This document shows positions 1 to 13,679 of a stretch of 64,000 nt of DNA, piece by piece. The stretch is from assembly GCA_016748015.1 (NCBI GenBank), contig JAAOMT010000523.1, positions 1,552,358 through 1,616,357 on the forward strand, given 5' to 3'. The notes under the pieces were generated by a model. The model had not been told where the DNA came from and searched no databases. It worked only from the letters and a program-made list of their open reading frames with translations. This stretch comes from Geosiphon pyriformis uo1 (Eukaryota; Fungi; Glomeromycota). The position numbers were made by a program, and so were the translations under genes. Positions within the stretch are counted from its first letter, which is position 1; each line of letters starts with the position of its first letter.

Positions 1-759
1 AATAAAATTTTTATAATTAGATATTTTAATAATAATCTATAATAATTAAATATAATATTATTTTTACTTTATTCATTATTCTTGATTATTAATTTAACAT
101 AATTTTTAATTCAAATGTTAATCTGGTTTTTAACCAAACTATAATTTAGTTGTTAACTTAAATATTTGCCCTTTTATTAATTATATAAACAAAAAAAATC
201 TTGTATTTTTTAAAAATAAAATTTATTAAATAAATAACTGTTAAAAATAATTAAATTTTTTTTTGAAAAGATCAAATAAATGGATTTTAAAACTATCATA
301 ATATTTTAACTATTTACACATTCAATTTGTTACTTTATTAAGAGTTTTTTAATTAAATTCATATTGCTTTTAGTTTTTTTTCCTGTTATTTATTAGTGTA
401 TTACTTTAATTTACAATAATATAACTTAAATTCAAAATAGATTATAAATATTTATTTTATAAAAAAATTATTTTATGATAAGTTCTTTAAAACTTTAATA
501 TGAAAAACAAAACCTAATTATAATTCTAAAATTAAGTTTATTAAAATAATTATAATCAATCTTTAATTATTTAAAACTAAGATTAAAATAGCAGTATTAA
601 ATTAAAGTTTCATATAAATTAACAAATTTTTTAAATTAAAAAATTGATTTAGTTTATGATTTGTAAATTTTTATTTTAATTAATCAAAAAAATCGGGTTA
701 AAATAATAAACATAAAAGTGATAAAACATATTTAAACCATATTTATTTAAAAAAATGGC

Positions 760-1431
760 AATTAAACAATATCTCATTAAGTTATATTTATATTTTGTTA
801 ATTTGATGTTCTCCATTTTTTTCCATCGCTTCATTAATTCAACTATAAAAATTGCCCCAATTCTTCACAATTTTTTGGTTTTCGCTTTTCTTTATTTTTT
901 TAACGATGCTCTAAAGATATTTGATAAGATTAAGGTCAGGGCTATTAGAAGGGCAAAGGATAATTTTGTGAATATGATTTTCAATAAAGTTCTAAGCACC
1001 GCGGTTAGGATGCTTAGGATCATTGTCATGCTGAAACAGAAGAGAATCTTCTTTATTTTTACGCTAAACGCACCCTATGAAAGAAGTTTGTATCTACTCT
1101 TCGGTATTGTATTGGACGAATTGGTCTTGCAGCTTCAGATTATACTTGAAGGGCTAAAAATGGTCCGTTTCCAATCATTTAAATGACAAATCACGCATAA
1201 AACGTGATTTCGTTGGATCGAGGTAAGCATAGGAGTTTTACATTTATATCCATGTTCGGGCAAATTTCTTTGTTTGTGTCAAACATTATCCCTTTGTGCT
1301 TTCCATCTCCATTTTCGAATGGTATAATAAGTTATACTCAAGGTATCTTCGTATCTAGCAGCCTTTTGCACTCACTGTTCCCAAAAATGTAACGTAGCTT
1401 CTTTTTGGGTGCACAAATTTCTTCCCGCATT
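760..1431 (-). mobile_element. Degenerate Tc1/IS630-family (DD34E) DNA transposase relic
   Basis: The minus strand reads HLNDWKRTIFS and LFQHDNDPKH...CPSNSPDLNLIKYL*SIVK, matching the Tc1 motifs W..VIFSDE, FQQDNDPKH and WPSxSPDLNPIE. There are 34 residues between the second D and the E position (now K), with stops and frameshifts. Confidence 0.85.
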
Positions 1432-1693
1432 TAAAGATATGATCTGGCGTAAAACTTGTAAAAGTTAATTTTGCCATTTTTGTATATCGTATTTGAGTAA
1501 AAATTAAAATTGAAGAAGCCAAAATGTTGTGAAACTATTTTATTCAAAACCTTGTATATAAAATCAAGTTTTATTTTACTCCCACTTTCAATGGATGACA
1601 CTTTAACAGTTTATTAAATCTCTATTTTTAATTCAAATAATATATAAAAGAACAGCGATACAGTTTTTTAGATGCAAATTTTAGCTTTTAAAG

Positions 1694-3618
1694 ATGGCTA
1701 TTCTTATTGATACTCTCTTCTTATCTGTGTTCTTACTATCTATTGTTTGGGTATGGCATTTCTATCAAAAAAAAAATTCTCAACAAAGGCCAAAGGGAAC
1801 TCTGGAAATCCCAGGGCCAACTCCATTACCTATCATCGGTAATATGCATCAACTTGGGAAATTAATGCATCCTAATTTAGCGAAAATGTCACAAAAATAT
1901 GGACCCCTATTTAAAGTTCATGTTGGAGCACTCACTTGGATTGTAGTTACTGATCACGAAATCGCTAGAGATCTTCTTGTTAAAAGAGGAGCGAATTATT
2001 CGGGTAGGCCGGTAAGATTAATCAAAATGGATAGTGAATTTAAATTTATTTATATTTTTCAAATTCATATAATTTTGATATTTAATTCAGGGATTTGGTG
2101 TTTTAACTGAGGTGATTTACAAAAAGAATAAAAGTGTAGCGCATGCACCGGTAAGGTTAAAATTATAAAAATAATTAATCATTAGCTAAATTTCCAAGTT
2201 TATCGATAACGCTATCACAAAATTTTTAAAGAATAATCACTGGTGGAAAACTATGCATTTAATCGAAGTTAAACACTTACGGCAAAACGTTGTTGACACG
2301 GTTTATTCTCCAATAATTTCTGAAGAAACAAAAAAATTCCTTTTGCATCAATATTCAAACTCTCAGGGTGTTATAGCCGTGAATCCAGCACCGGATATTC
2401 GCACTGCATTTACAAAAATATTAGCTACAATTGTCTTTGGTCGATCAGCCCTGGATTCAGAAATGATAATGAAATATAATCATTTTATATATACATTAAC
2501 TAAATTTACCGGTATCAAAGGAAATCTATTGAATGTTTTTCCTTGGCTCCAAAATTTTGGACTCAAAAGATTATTCACAGCAGAAGCAATCAATATTCGC
2601 GCCATGCTTGAAGAAATTAATGAGGAATTTATAAACCGAGTCAGAAAAAGATTACTTGTTCATGGAGAAGATAGTGAGAACTGTTTGATTGCCAACATTA
2701 TGAAATCCGTTACAGTTGATCCTAACTTTATCGCTGATCCAGCCACACATCAATTTGAGAAAGATCAAGATGGAAAGTATATTTTTGATCGATATGATCT
2801 CACGACTATTTGTAACGATATGATGAGTGGTGGGACTAAAACTACTGCTGGCAGTTTGGTATGGCTATATGTACTTTTAGCAAAATTTCCAAAAGTACAG
2901 AAAAAGATTCAAGATGAATTAGATTTAGTGGTTGGCAAAGGAAAACTTTATAACATGGAGCATAAACAGGATTTACATTACTTACAAGCAACAATAAAAG
3001 AAAGTTTACGTTTCAGGTTGGTAATTCATATTTTTTGTATTGCAATCATTTAGTGAAATTACTTTATGTTTCTAGTTTCAAATTATTTCAGGCCCCCGAT
3101 ACGATTTCTCATACCTCATGGTAATACGGAAGATGATATCTATCGTGGATATCATATCCCGGCGAAATCTACTATCATTTTTAACATCTTTTCCATGAAT
3201 ATGGATCCATTATTATACGAGAATCCTGAAGTTTTCTCTCCGGAAAGGTTTTTAGATGAAAAGGGGCACTTTAAAAATTTAGATGAGCGTTGTGATCCTT
3301 GGGCATGTTTTTATTCCCTCAGTCGAACGTTGATTGATATTATTTTAAAAAATCTAATATATTAAATTTTAGGTATTTGGACGTGGTCGTCGATCCTGTG
3401 CTGGATCGGACTTAGCCTATCATAACTTATTTACTTTTGCTAGTTATGCTATGTCAATGTTCACCCTTCAATTAGAAAAAGATCCCATAACTGGAAAACC
3501 TATCGACCTTGATATCGACACGCAATTGGGAAGTGATTTTGATTGCAAACCATTAGATTATAAATTGATCTTTGAGCCAAGAGAGGGGGTCGATATGCTT
3601 TCGGCATTGAAACTTTGA
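1694..3618 (+). CDS. Cytochrome P450, microsomal, 5 exons (1694-2011, 2091-2150, 2232-3016, 3092-3302, 3373-3618)
   Basis: N-terminal TM anchor, IPGPTPLPIIGN hinge, ExxR (ESLR), PERF and heme motif FGRGRRSCAG. Exons join in frame; intron 4 uses a GC donor. Confidence 0.92.
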
Positions 3619-4423
3619 ATTTTTGACAATTAAATATAATAATTATTTATTTATTGCAAAAATAATTTATTTAAGAAACATCTATTTAGTAAAAATATCA
3701 AAAAACCAGTACATTTTGTTAATAAAATTGTAGGTATTCCAATATTTTTCTTTTTTATTTTAATAAAAGCTGCATGTTTATTATATATTTTCAAAGAGTG
3801 TTTTGCAGTTTAAAATTATCTAACTAGTAAACATAATTATAGTACTTTGGATTTTTGTAAAATTGAATTATTTTATTAAATGGGTTATGTTACATAAAAT
3901 ATTTATTGAAAGGATGTATTCTTGGTAAAAATAGATGTGTTATGATTAATTTCCCGATATATCAAAAATGATTATTATTTACCACATGATATAATGCTTC
4001 TTGAATTTCATACATTTTTAATAGTATTACAAAATTTTAACTTTGTTACATCTTCCAACATTAAGAACAGCTGCCAGCAATTACATGTATTTACATTTAT
4101 TATTTGATATACCTAAATATTTTTTGTGTTATATATTCCTGTCTAGTTCGTACATGATTTAATATTTTGAAAATTTTTAAAACAATGAAATTTGTAACAA
4201 AAATTTAATGGATATTCAAAATTTCTATAATTGATGATGAGTAAAAATGCCCGGGATAAAAAAGAGCGGGAATGTAAAATGATTAGTTGTTATGAATATT
4301 TCTATTAGAAAATTTTTTGAACGTTATCAGAGAAAACTTTGGGTTATGGGTTTTGAGTTTAAATATGTAAAAGGAAAATATATAGAACAAATTATTATGC
4401 AAGAATCTGTCGAAAACGATTAA

Positions 4424-6792
4424 TCACTGAAAGTGAGCAAGTTGTGGAGACGTTAATCCGGCAATCACATGCCAATCTTCAGGTTCGGAATGTGGTACTT
4501 GTGTTTCTTCATGTAAAGTATCCAATTCAACTTTATAATATTCGTTTCCCGAATCAAGTTCGTACGAGATTGACGAAGACTCCAATTCGAAATCAGACAT
4601 TCCCAACCAATCTTCTGGCCAAGCTTCACTGTTCACTTTTCTTAATGAATCCTTCGATTGAAATGGGCTTTGAGGGTTATTTTGATCTGACACCGAAACT
4701 AAACCTTGTGATAGCAATTGATCTTGTACTATTTCTTGGCGCTGGAAATCAGAAAATGAGTGCCCTTGAGTTTGATCAGTCACGAAATCGAGGGGGATAC
4801 TCTGATACAACGGCTGGGCTGATTCAAATTCGGGGTTCAAAGACTGACTTGGCTTTTTAAGGATCTCGGAATGTTGCATTTCAATAACCGTGCTTGCCCT
4901 ACAAGGTGATAATGGTTCTGTCTTATTTTCTTGAAATTCGATACTTTCATCATCATTTTTTGGTCCTTTCTCAGTCGAATTCATCGCACTATGATACGAG
5001 ATCAAGGATGGAAGAATGGTCAATTTTGATTTTTGACGTCGAAGATGGGTTTTTGACGTAATTGTTGCTGTTTCGTCATCATACATTGAGTCAAAGTTAC
5101 TTGTTGAGGTCAAGTTTCCGTTTGGTCTTTGTTCAATTTTTTTATTTCTGAGAAAAGGTGAGTTTGAAATTAAACAACTGATTGGGAAAATTTTGAGTTT
5201 TAAAATATGATTTTTGAACTAAAAGTATTTACCGTATGCTCACAACTGCAACAACGATAGTAATGCATATTGGCATGAACAAACAGGACGATGTGAAAAG
5301 AATATTACTCAGTCCAGGCTGTTTGGATAATATTTTAACCTAAAAAAGAGTAGAAAATAAAATAAAACAAGAAGAAATATCAGTGAATGATTAAAGATTG
5401 ACAACCAAAACTTTTGTAGACCTTACCCTTGAGGCGCCAAAAATAATCGAATATATAATATAATATATAAATGCAACGAACACAATATACAATGTTTTTC
5501 GAATCTAAAAATCAAAAAAATGTGGAATTATATCATGTGAAATCAATTGGCAGATGAAGGAAATTTCATGAAACCTACCTTGTGCAATCCAGATTCCATA
5601 TTATTAAGTCGTACACGAGTGATGTTATTACTTGCACGAGCAAACTCAATATGAAAGCGTAACATATTACATATTTCACGACCGAAATAAAATACACCCA
5701 ATGCCCCAAAAGTGTGCCATACGCTAGGGGAAAAATTAGATTTGACACAAGGACAAAATATGATTGGTGCAAATAAAAAATTGATGATCGTCATTGCGGG
5801 AGCACGGTCATTCAATTTCACATTCTGTACTCTCAATATTTCTTACCTCGATAACATGTAATGTGCGCCTATTAGAAGGTCAGATAATGCTATTTGGCCA
5901 TTATCTCGAAAATACCCGCTTCCCGCTGTGACCGGCCAAATGAACATTGGTGCAGCGATTGTAACCATAAATAAATATCGATCTGCTAATCGGCTATTTG
6001 GTTGCCATCGTCGAGTTTTTGAGTTCAGGTGACTACCGATTTGAAGGTAAGTGCCAACAGCGAACCAAGCAAGTCCTGAAAATTGAAAATGTGAGAACTG
6101 GGAAAATAGTTCAAATAGGAAAATTGAAGAATTTGGTATACCTATTGTGCCAAATGTTTCGGGCTACATTAAAAAATTTTTGGAAAAAGAAATGAACAGG
6201 CAAAAAATCTCAGAATTTTAAAATTCAATCACAACATTTTAGATGGTTACAAAAACTTACGAATTCCTGTAAGACTTGAACCATTGAAAATTAAAGTTAG
6301 TATTTATCGAACATCAGTTTCAAAGATAAAGGAGCAGAATATTAGATACACATACTTTCACGAAATAGATACCGGTCGCGAAATAAATCCGCCCACAAGA
6401 TTCCAATGAACCCCATCCGCCCTGAATTTTTCATTTTTCGTTTAATATCTTAATTTTTCTTGTCGATTACGAAATTTCCCAAAAGTGTACATTAAACTCA
6501 CCTAACATCCATAATACTTCAAAAACTAAAAATGCTTCGATAGGATTTGGTCTCAACCACCCAGTCCCAGGCGTTTTAGGGGCCATTAACTTACATTTCT
6601 GAATTCGCATTCGATAATATAGTAAAACACCACAAGCCAAAGTTAATAATAATAGTAAAATGAATGAAGATTCGTAAATTATGAGGTAGACATCTCCTAA
6701 GTCGCAATTGAGCGTCACTCGCCAATCGCAAAATGAATTGTTTTGATAAACGAAGACCATGTTATCGTAATTTATGGTGGTAAATAATGGAG

Positions 6793-6834
<42 letters not shown>

Positions 6835-6898
6835 GTGAGGGTATTGATGATACTGTTGTCGTTGGGTCTATGATGGTCAAATTATTATTTTCGTCCAT
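4424..6898 (-). CDS. Seven-transmembrane protein with long disordered C-tail, ~593 aa, 9 exons (6898-6502, 6421-6356, 6274-6261, 6163-6142, 6075-5847, 5723-5579, 5504-5427, 5339-5233, 5147-4424)
   Basis: All GT-AG junctions give one continuous frame with seven hydrophobic segments, N-terminal poly-Ser and FCDWRVTLNC, and an acidic Ser-rich tail. Confidence 0.8.
6794..6832. repeat. (GAT)n microsatellite encoding the poly-Ser tract of the 7-TM protein
   Basis: A run of about 13 GAT units inside exon 1 (TCA on the coding strand). Confidence 0.9.
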
Positions 6899-9061
6899 TT
6901 CTTTTTCCCGAGATATGGTTTAAAGACATAAAAAAAGTTTTAGTGAATGCACAAACATTTATTGATTGGAACTATCAATTATTTAAGGAGAAATGAATTT
7001 TTTGATCCAGCAAGAAAAAAAATGTAAAATTGAAAAAAAATCGACAATAATAAATTCAAATCATAAATATTTTTCAAAATCCTCAGGTTGAATAGTTTAG
7101 ATCATTAAAGAAAGAAATAAAGATATCCAGTAAAATTTTCAATAACTTTTATTGGTATTTTTATATGAGAAAATCAAGCTGAAAATATGCATATTGAATT
7201 GAAGGGTCAACAAATATGTGTCTAAATTTATGCGATGCAAGCGGTTTACGTGATTTTGACTTTTATTTTCGTCAGTTATGGCGATTTAAAATTTTAAAGC
7301 ACTGGCAGAAAAAGTAAAAGATAAAAGCCCAAAAGAAAAACAAATACCGTATTATTTCTTCAAGTGAGCAGAAAAAACCAGATGAAAATAACGAGGAAAT
7401 ATGGAAATATTTGGAGGGAAAGGAAAGGAAAGGAAAGGAAAGAATCTATCGTGTCCACCAGAAGAAATCTCTAATTAGAATTTAGATAAATAAAACCTTT
7501 GAATTAGCAGAGGTTTATATTTATAATTTTTCAATCACTGTAAACCTTTTATATAAACTGACTTGAGCTATTGTTCATTCTTAAGATTTCGTAAAAATTA
7601 CCTTGCAGATATGCTAGATGTATCACCCTGGTACTCGAAAAGTAATTAAAAAATTATCCTTTTTTAGAAATTTTCGAGACAAATCTTGTATCACGGGGAT
7701 AATATATTTAAAAGGAGTTAGTGTTACTTTCAAATGACTACTAAATAACATTTAGGATAAACCACGTTACTCAAAATTAATATTATTTCTTTAAAGGTAC
7801 ATTTCTTAATTCCTGACACGTTGAAAAAATAATAATATATATATATATATTTTTCTCTTTTTTTTTTCCTTTTTTTTTTTTCAATAAAATACTTTTAAAT
7901 TATTAATTTGGGCTCTTTTCCTCAATGGGAACGTGTTATACAGTTTTGACAAATGCTTGAATAAGGAAATATTGATCCAGGAAAAATTCATAATATTTTA
8001 TTGTGGAATTTTGAGGATATATTATTTATTGATGGGTATATATTTAATTCAACAATATTTCCCATAATCAAATTATTTTTAACGAATTTCAAATAAAATA
8101 CACTTGAAGTTAAAATAAATTTTGCATTAGTTAAAGTTTGCTTGATCATTTGTTAACTGAGATGACAATTTGCCAGGGTATTGAATTGTGAATGCACGAG
8201 AAATTTAAGATGTGTAACATTTTATTCATTAAAAGATTTAAAAGCCTAACCCAAACAAAATTTGGAAAATTTTTAAAAAAAACATTAGCTTCGTCGCATA
8301 ATAAAATTTGAAAAGTTAACCAATGAGATTCAATACAGATTTCAACCTTTAAATTTTGCCTCAAAATTTATACTTTTGAAAAAGTTCTGAAAGTGTAAGA
8401 ATTGTTTTAATAAATTTTCTCACGAATCTTCAAATGCGTTATTGGAAGAACTTTTACAAAAATAATCAAGATGAATTTTTAGTAAGAAAATGGTTTTGAT
8501 ATTCCAGGCTTAGAAATTTCTACGAGATAAAGAAAACCCTGTGAAAATTTTTAAAGGAACCTTGAATTTAGAGCTCATGTTTGTAATTTTTACACTAGAA
8601 CTCCACAAAGTTTTATGTTATTTAATATTTGCGGACTTCATTTTTTCATTTTGCAAGACAGACTTTGCCTTATTCAAAATACTGATCTTTTGTACTTTAG
8701 AAATTTTAAAAATATATGCTAAAGACACATGAGAAAAAGAGTAATTCATCGTTAAACTAAAAAGTTTAAGTTGTTAATTTTTTTTGACTGGATTGATAAA
8801 GTAGTATATATTGAATAGCTTAAAGGGCCTAAAATAGTGTGGTCCATAATTATTTTACAATTATAAATAACGTTTTTTTTTAATCAAAGAAATTTATATC
8901 ATATGATATCCTGATTAAATAAAGATTTTGAAGAAAATCCCAACAAACATGATTACGTTCTCTAATTATATTTTCTTCTTATCATATAAATAGAATCTTG
9001 TGCAAGGCTAAAAAATTTGATCGAGTATACACTACGACGCAAGTTAATTTTAATTTCAAAA

Positions 9062-10514
9062 ATGAAAAATTGTAATGGTCTTCAATCAAGGATCAAACTC
9101 ATCTTTCTTATTAGCTTTTTATGCTTTTGCTTTTCATATTTTCAATATATTCAAATCGTAAACGTTTCAAGGCTATCATGGAATATATGGAGTTCGGATT
9201 ATAAGAAAACTTCCCAAACTAAAGTTTCTATTCACTGGACTTCTCCTCAAAATGGCACTTTGTTAAGACAGGCAAATAATTTTGTTTGATTCAAGCAAAA
9301 ATTATCATTTTGTGAAAGTCCTTTAAATCTGAATTAATACTTCAAAAAAATTAAACTTATAAAAAGGTTAAAAAACGGCCAGAACACAAACGGAAAGACG
9401 AAGATATAAATGAACCTCAGATATTTAAAAACATTGATATGTTGAAGAAATTTCGTAAATATGCAAACTACGCTAATAAGGCTTATTGTGAGGATACTCA
9501 CCAATTCCCAGAAGTTATTTATGGTATCAAAAAATTTTGAATTTTTTGATAAAATTTTAAGATTAACATGCGAAGTTTATTTTGTATAGGGAATGCCAAA
9601 ATTGTCGATAATGAGATAATTTTCTTTATGCGAACTTTTGAAATGGCGAAATATCGTGAGATTTTTCACTATGCTCACGATAAAAGAAAGGTGACACTTT
9701 ATCCAGGTAAATTGAGCTTTTAATTGTAATTCTTTTGAGAATATTTTTATTAGTATGCTATATTTCTCTAATTTCTTCAAGGTTATGGGATCTCAACATA
9801 TTCCGAAAGGATCAAAGTGGATGAACAATATTGGCAAATTTACAAAGAGCGAGTTGCAAAAACACTTATTGAGTATCTCATAAATATTATAAATGAAAAT
9901 AAATTAAACTATCTTGTTATCACTGCACATCGATTAGCAGGAGGTAAGGTTAAAATTTTTTATTATTTGAATAGTGAAGTATTTTTAATATTTTTGGAAT
10001 TTTACCTTCGAGAAGTCTACGCCATATTTGTAGCATTAGACCTCAAAAAATTTGCCAGGTTCAGGCGCCTCCGAATAATAGTCTACACATGGGGTTCGCC
10101 ACGTATCGGGAATCTAGCTTTCGCCCGACATGTCAATCGAATATTGGTAACATACAGGTTTACCCTAAGAGATGATCAGATTTCACGATATCCCATCATC
10201 TCAGATGGCCAACGTCCAATCTCTTATATGCATTATCAAACTGAATATTGGACAACAAAGAATTGCGACTGTCAAAGTTGGAATCTTTATCGGTGTTTAG
10301 GAAGGTTACGAGCAAGTAGTTTTTATGAAGAAAATGAGGCAAGACAAAATTTTCTTTTGGTGATATTTTGGTTTTTTATGCTTTGCAACTTCTTGAAATT
10401 TCTGTTTCGTTTAAGCTATGCAATAAAGGAGAGGAACATAATCATAAGCATACATATACCTATGAGGGACCATATATGGGAGTCTACTTTGGAAACTGTT
10501 CATCTCAAAAATGA
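9062..10514 (+). CDS. Class-3 lipase-fold protein L1, catalytic Ser absent; 6 exons (9062-9271, 9367-9523, 9590-9707, 9782-9943, 10016-10338, 10416-10514)
   Basis: N-terminal hydrophobic anchor, KYANYANKAYC, elbow TAHRLAG (for GHSLGG), YTWGSPRIGN, DDQISRYP, EYW..CDC and terminal GPY. Introns 1 and 5 are GC-AG. Confidence 0.82.
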
Positions 10515-13500
10515 ACATACATGTATAAATAAAACTCCTCCACTCTAATAATCATGTTATAAACCCAACAGAAATTTGAGATTTCAATGGTTAGGGATAG
10601 ATTTAGTGTGATGGTAAATCGTTTAAAATTCACAGTTTAATTAGCCATCACACTAAAGCGTCATGGAATAAGATGTAAGTTGAAAAGATGTTTGTTATAT
10701 TTTCTTGACAATTGAACCAAACTTATTCTTTGATTTTAGAATTAATGGCTTTTGATTTTAAATAATGTTGTTAAAAAGTTTTATTTAAAATACACTAATT
10801 TGAATGTTCCCCTAACCTTTTTTAAATTTTAAGACTTTTTTTTAAAAAAAATTTGAATTCAAAAAATAAAAAGCTACTTTTCTATTTATTTGGTTTAAAT
10901 GTATTTAATTTCTTTTAAGCTAAGCATTTTGAAATTAATACTCAATGAAAAAATTTTGAATTATGAATTTTTTGCCATACTTTGAGGAATTTTGTATGAA
11001 CAAAAAATTCATTATCGTTTTCAGATTAAAATTTATATTTAAATTTCTAATTTTCTTTGTAGACAGAATTGAGATAGTTTTACATTAATTGTAAATTATT
11101 TGTTTTATTATTAATCAATTTTGAAAATGAATGGAGTTGAATAAATGGTTGATATCTATTTTCACTTTTCGTTTATAAACTATAATTCTGCAACAAATGA
11201 TAGTTTAACAATTTGTGATGTTAAAAAGTTTTTTTTTTAAAAAAATGTTTTATTTCATTTAAAAAGAAAGAACAATTTTATAAAGAAAAAACAACTAATC
11301 AGAAAATTTAATTTCAAATACCAAAAGAATTTTTTTTTGGAGATTGAGCATCTTTTTTTGAATTAAATTGACATTTAAGATGGGTTTATTTGCTAGGAAG
11401 TAGGTTTAAAATTTTTTTTGTTAAGATGAGAACAATTTTTTTCATTATAGTTGAAGTATTGAATCGTAAAATTTTCAGGTTTCTCCCTTTTAAGATTCGT
11501 TACTATAATCGCTATATTTGTCATGATATTGAGTTATGACCGAGTGGGTTTAAGGAACCAAATCAAGATCTTAAATATTCAATTGATTAAGCTCATAGCG
11601 AGACTGATTATAGGAATAATTTGATCATGCTAATTGCCTATACATTTTTTTATTATTGTAATCTTCTCCTTAAAATTTTCACCTTAAAGGTGATATGTAA
11701 ACATGGTTTTTTAGCGTTGGAAAAAGAATTTAAAAAAATAAATATTCAATACCTCCTCGGAATTAACATATTTTTATATATTCGGCTGTTTTTAGAATTT
11801 TTAAAGCATTTCCTGTAGAAGAGTTGACTTTCACCGAAAAGTAACTGTAATAGAATTAGTATATTTACCTAAAGGTAAGAAGTCGAAAAAAATTGAGAAT
11901 ATAAATACAGTTTGTGCAATTTGTGCAATTTATCAAATTATCTATTATATTTAGACAACTCTTTATAGATCCAATCGTGATTTGGACATTATAAATTTTA
12001 AAACTCTATAATGAGATTAATACTATTACTTCCACAATGAATTAAAAATAATATTCTCTCCTGTTGCTACTGTTTCTAATCCAATCTAACTAATTGTAAG
12101 ATATTGTCCGAGCATAGGTCACAACGATTCCTTTTTTTCTTTCATATTCCCTTGCCCCTTGAACTATTATTGTTTAACTATGAATAATCTCAGTAGCTAT
12201 ATTAACCAAAGATATTAAAGGAGTTTTTTATTGTCTTTTTTGCCTAAAAGAGTAATTCAAACAGATCTGTGAATAAGAGTTTCTTAAATGCGTTAAGCTG
12301 ATTCAAAAAAAAAATTGATTTATATTTATTACAAATTACAATAAGAAACTAAAAAATAATCAATGAATAATGTTAAATAATAAACTAAAAATGCTATTTT
12401 TACAAATAATAATAATCATAATAATAATAAAATAATTATTTTTCAAAGTGAAATATTTTTAATCCTAATTAATTATTTGAATATAATGTTTAAATGTTAC
12501 ATAATTGAAATATAATATAAATATATTAATTGCAATTCATAAGATATATTTGTGTGTTACATTATCATTTTTAATTTTAAAGTTTTATAATATCAAGAAA
12601 TGGGAAAATATTTTGAATGAGAAGGATTAATCAATTTCACAAAAAATTTTATAGATTTTTCAAGCTATTTTTTATAATGCAATCGATACAAAAATAGATG
12701 GGTAATTTCAATTATTTGTATACTTTCTTTGATGAATTAAAAATTCAAATTGGTCCAGTCAATATTTTGATAATACCGAGACTAAAAAATGTTAACTTTC
12801 TTTCGAAGAATTAGATATCTTGTACAATCAATATTTATATCTTGTATCATTCAGGAATGTACGTGAGATCTTTTTTTTTCGGAAATTTTTTAAGTTGTTA
12901 AATACATTTACTTTGTTAAATCTGGAACCCTTTAAAATTAATCTTTGAATGATATGAAAAAAAAAACCATTTAAAAACTGTAAATTGTTTCGTTTTAAAA
13001 GTTTAATATCCAGATCCATTCCTCAAAGTAAAATATGAAAATATTAAACGTAAAAATTAATTTATTTAAAGTAAAAAAAAGTAACATTTGGAATATTTTA
13101 TAAAGAATCATTTTATTCAGCTTTCATTTAGGTGGAAACACTCTTCAAAATTGCATTTTCGATCTTGTTAATTAACAAAAAAATCATTGATAAATATTTA
13201 TTAATTTAAAAGAAAATCATTTTAAATCAAAACTCATTAAACATTTCTTTCCTTTGGAAAAAATCTTCGATCTTGTTAATTTACAAAATAATTTTTAAAT
13301 AATTTTCGATCGATGACCAATACACCCTATGACTTTTGTTATAGAGCTGCCAATAAATTGTTTATCAAAGACATAAAAGTTATTAAACGCAAAGGCTCTT
13401 GATTTTAGTTGCCAAGTATTACAGATCTTTCCAAAATTATCTTAAGAAATAAATTTCTCACAGCTTTGGATCTTGGGAGATCCCCGGAAAAAAAGTACGA

Positions 13501-13679
13501 AACTTAATTAATTGCGTGAGGATTTTGATCCAAGTTCTGTTCAAAAAATATACTAGGGAAAAAACAAACATTCAGTCACTTAATACATAAATATTAATGT
13601 TGGATAGGTTAAAATTTGGCCATGGAAATTGAAAATATTGAAAAGTCACACACCTTTTTCGATCATTTAGTCAAGAATT

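Noticed and set aside
755-1392. + strand ORFs of 143 aa and 62 aa
   Set aside because: Antisense shadows of the minus-strand Tc1 transposase relic.
1694-3618. Reading the split P450 and lipase ORFs as frameshifted pseudogenes or bacterial operons
   Set aside because: The breaks coincide with short spliceosomal introns at conserved positions, and removing them restores the frame.
4444-4860. 138-aa + strand ORF
   Set aside because: Antisense to the last exon of the 7-TM gene; no motifs.
11400-12230. Coding-like composition between L1 and L2
   Set aside because: Many stops in the frames examined and no identifiable motif.
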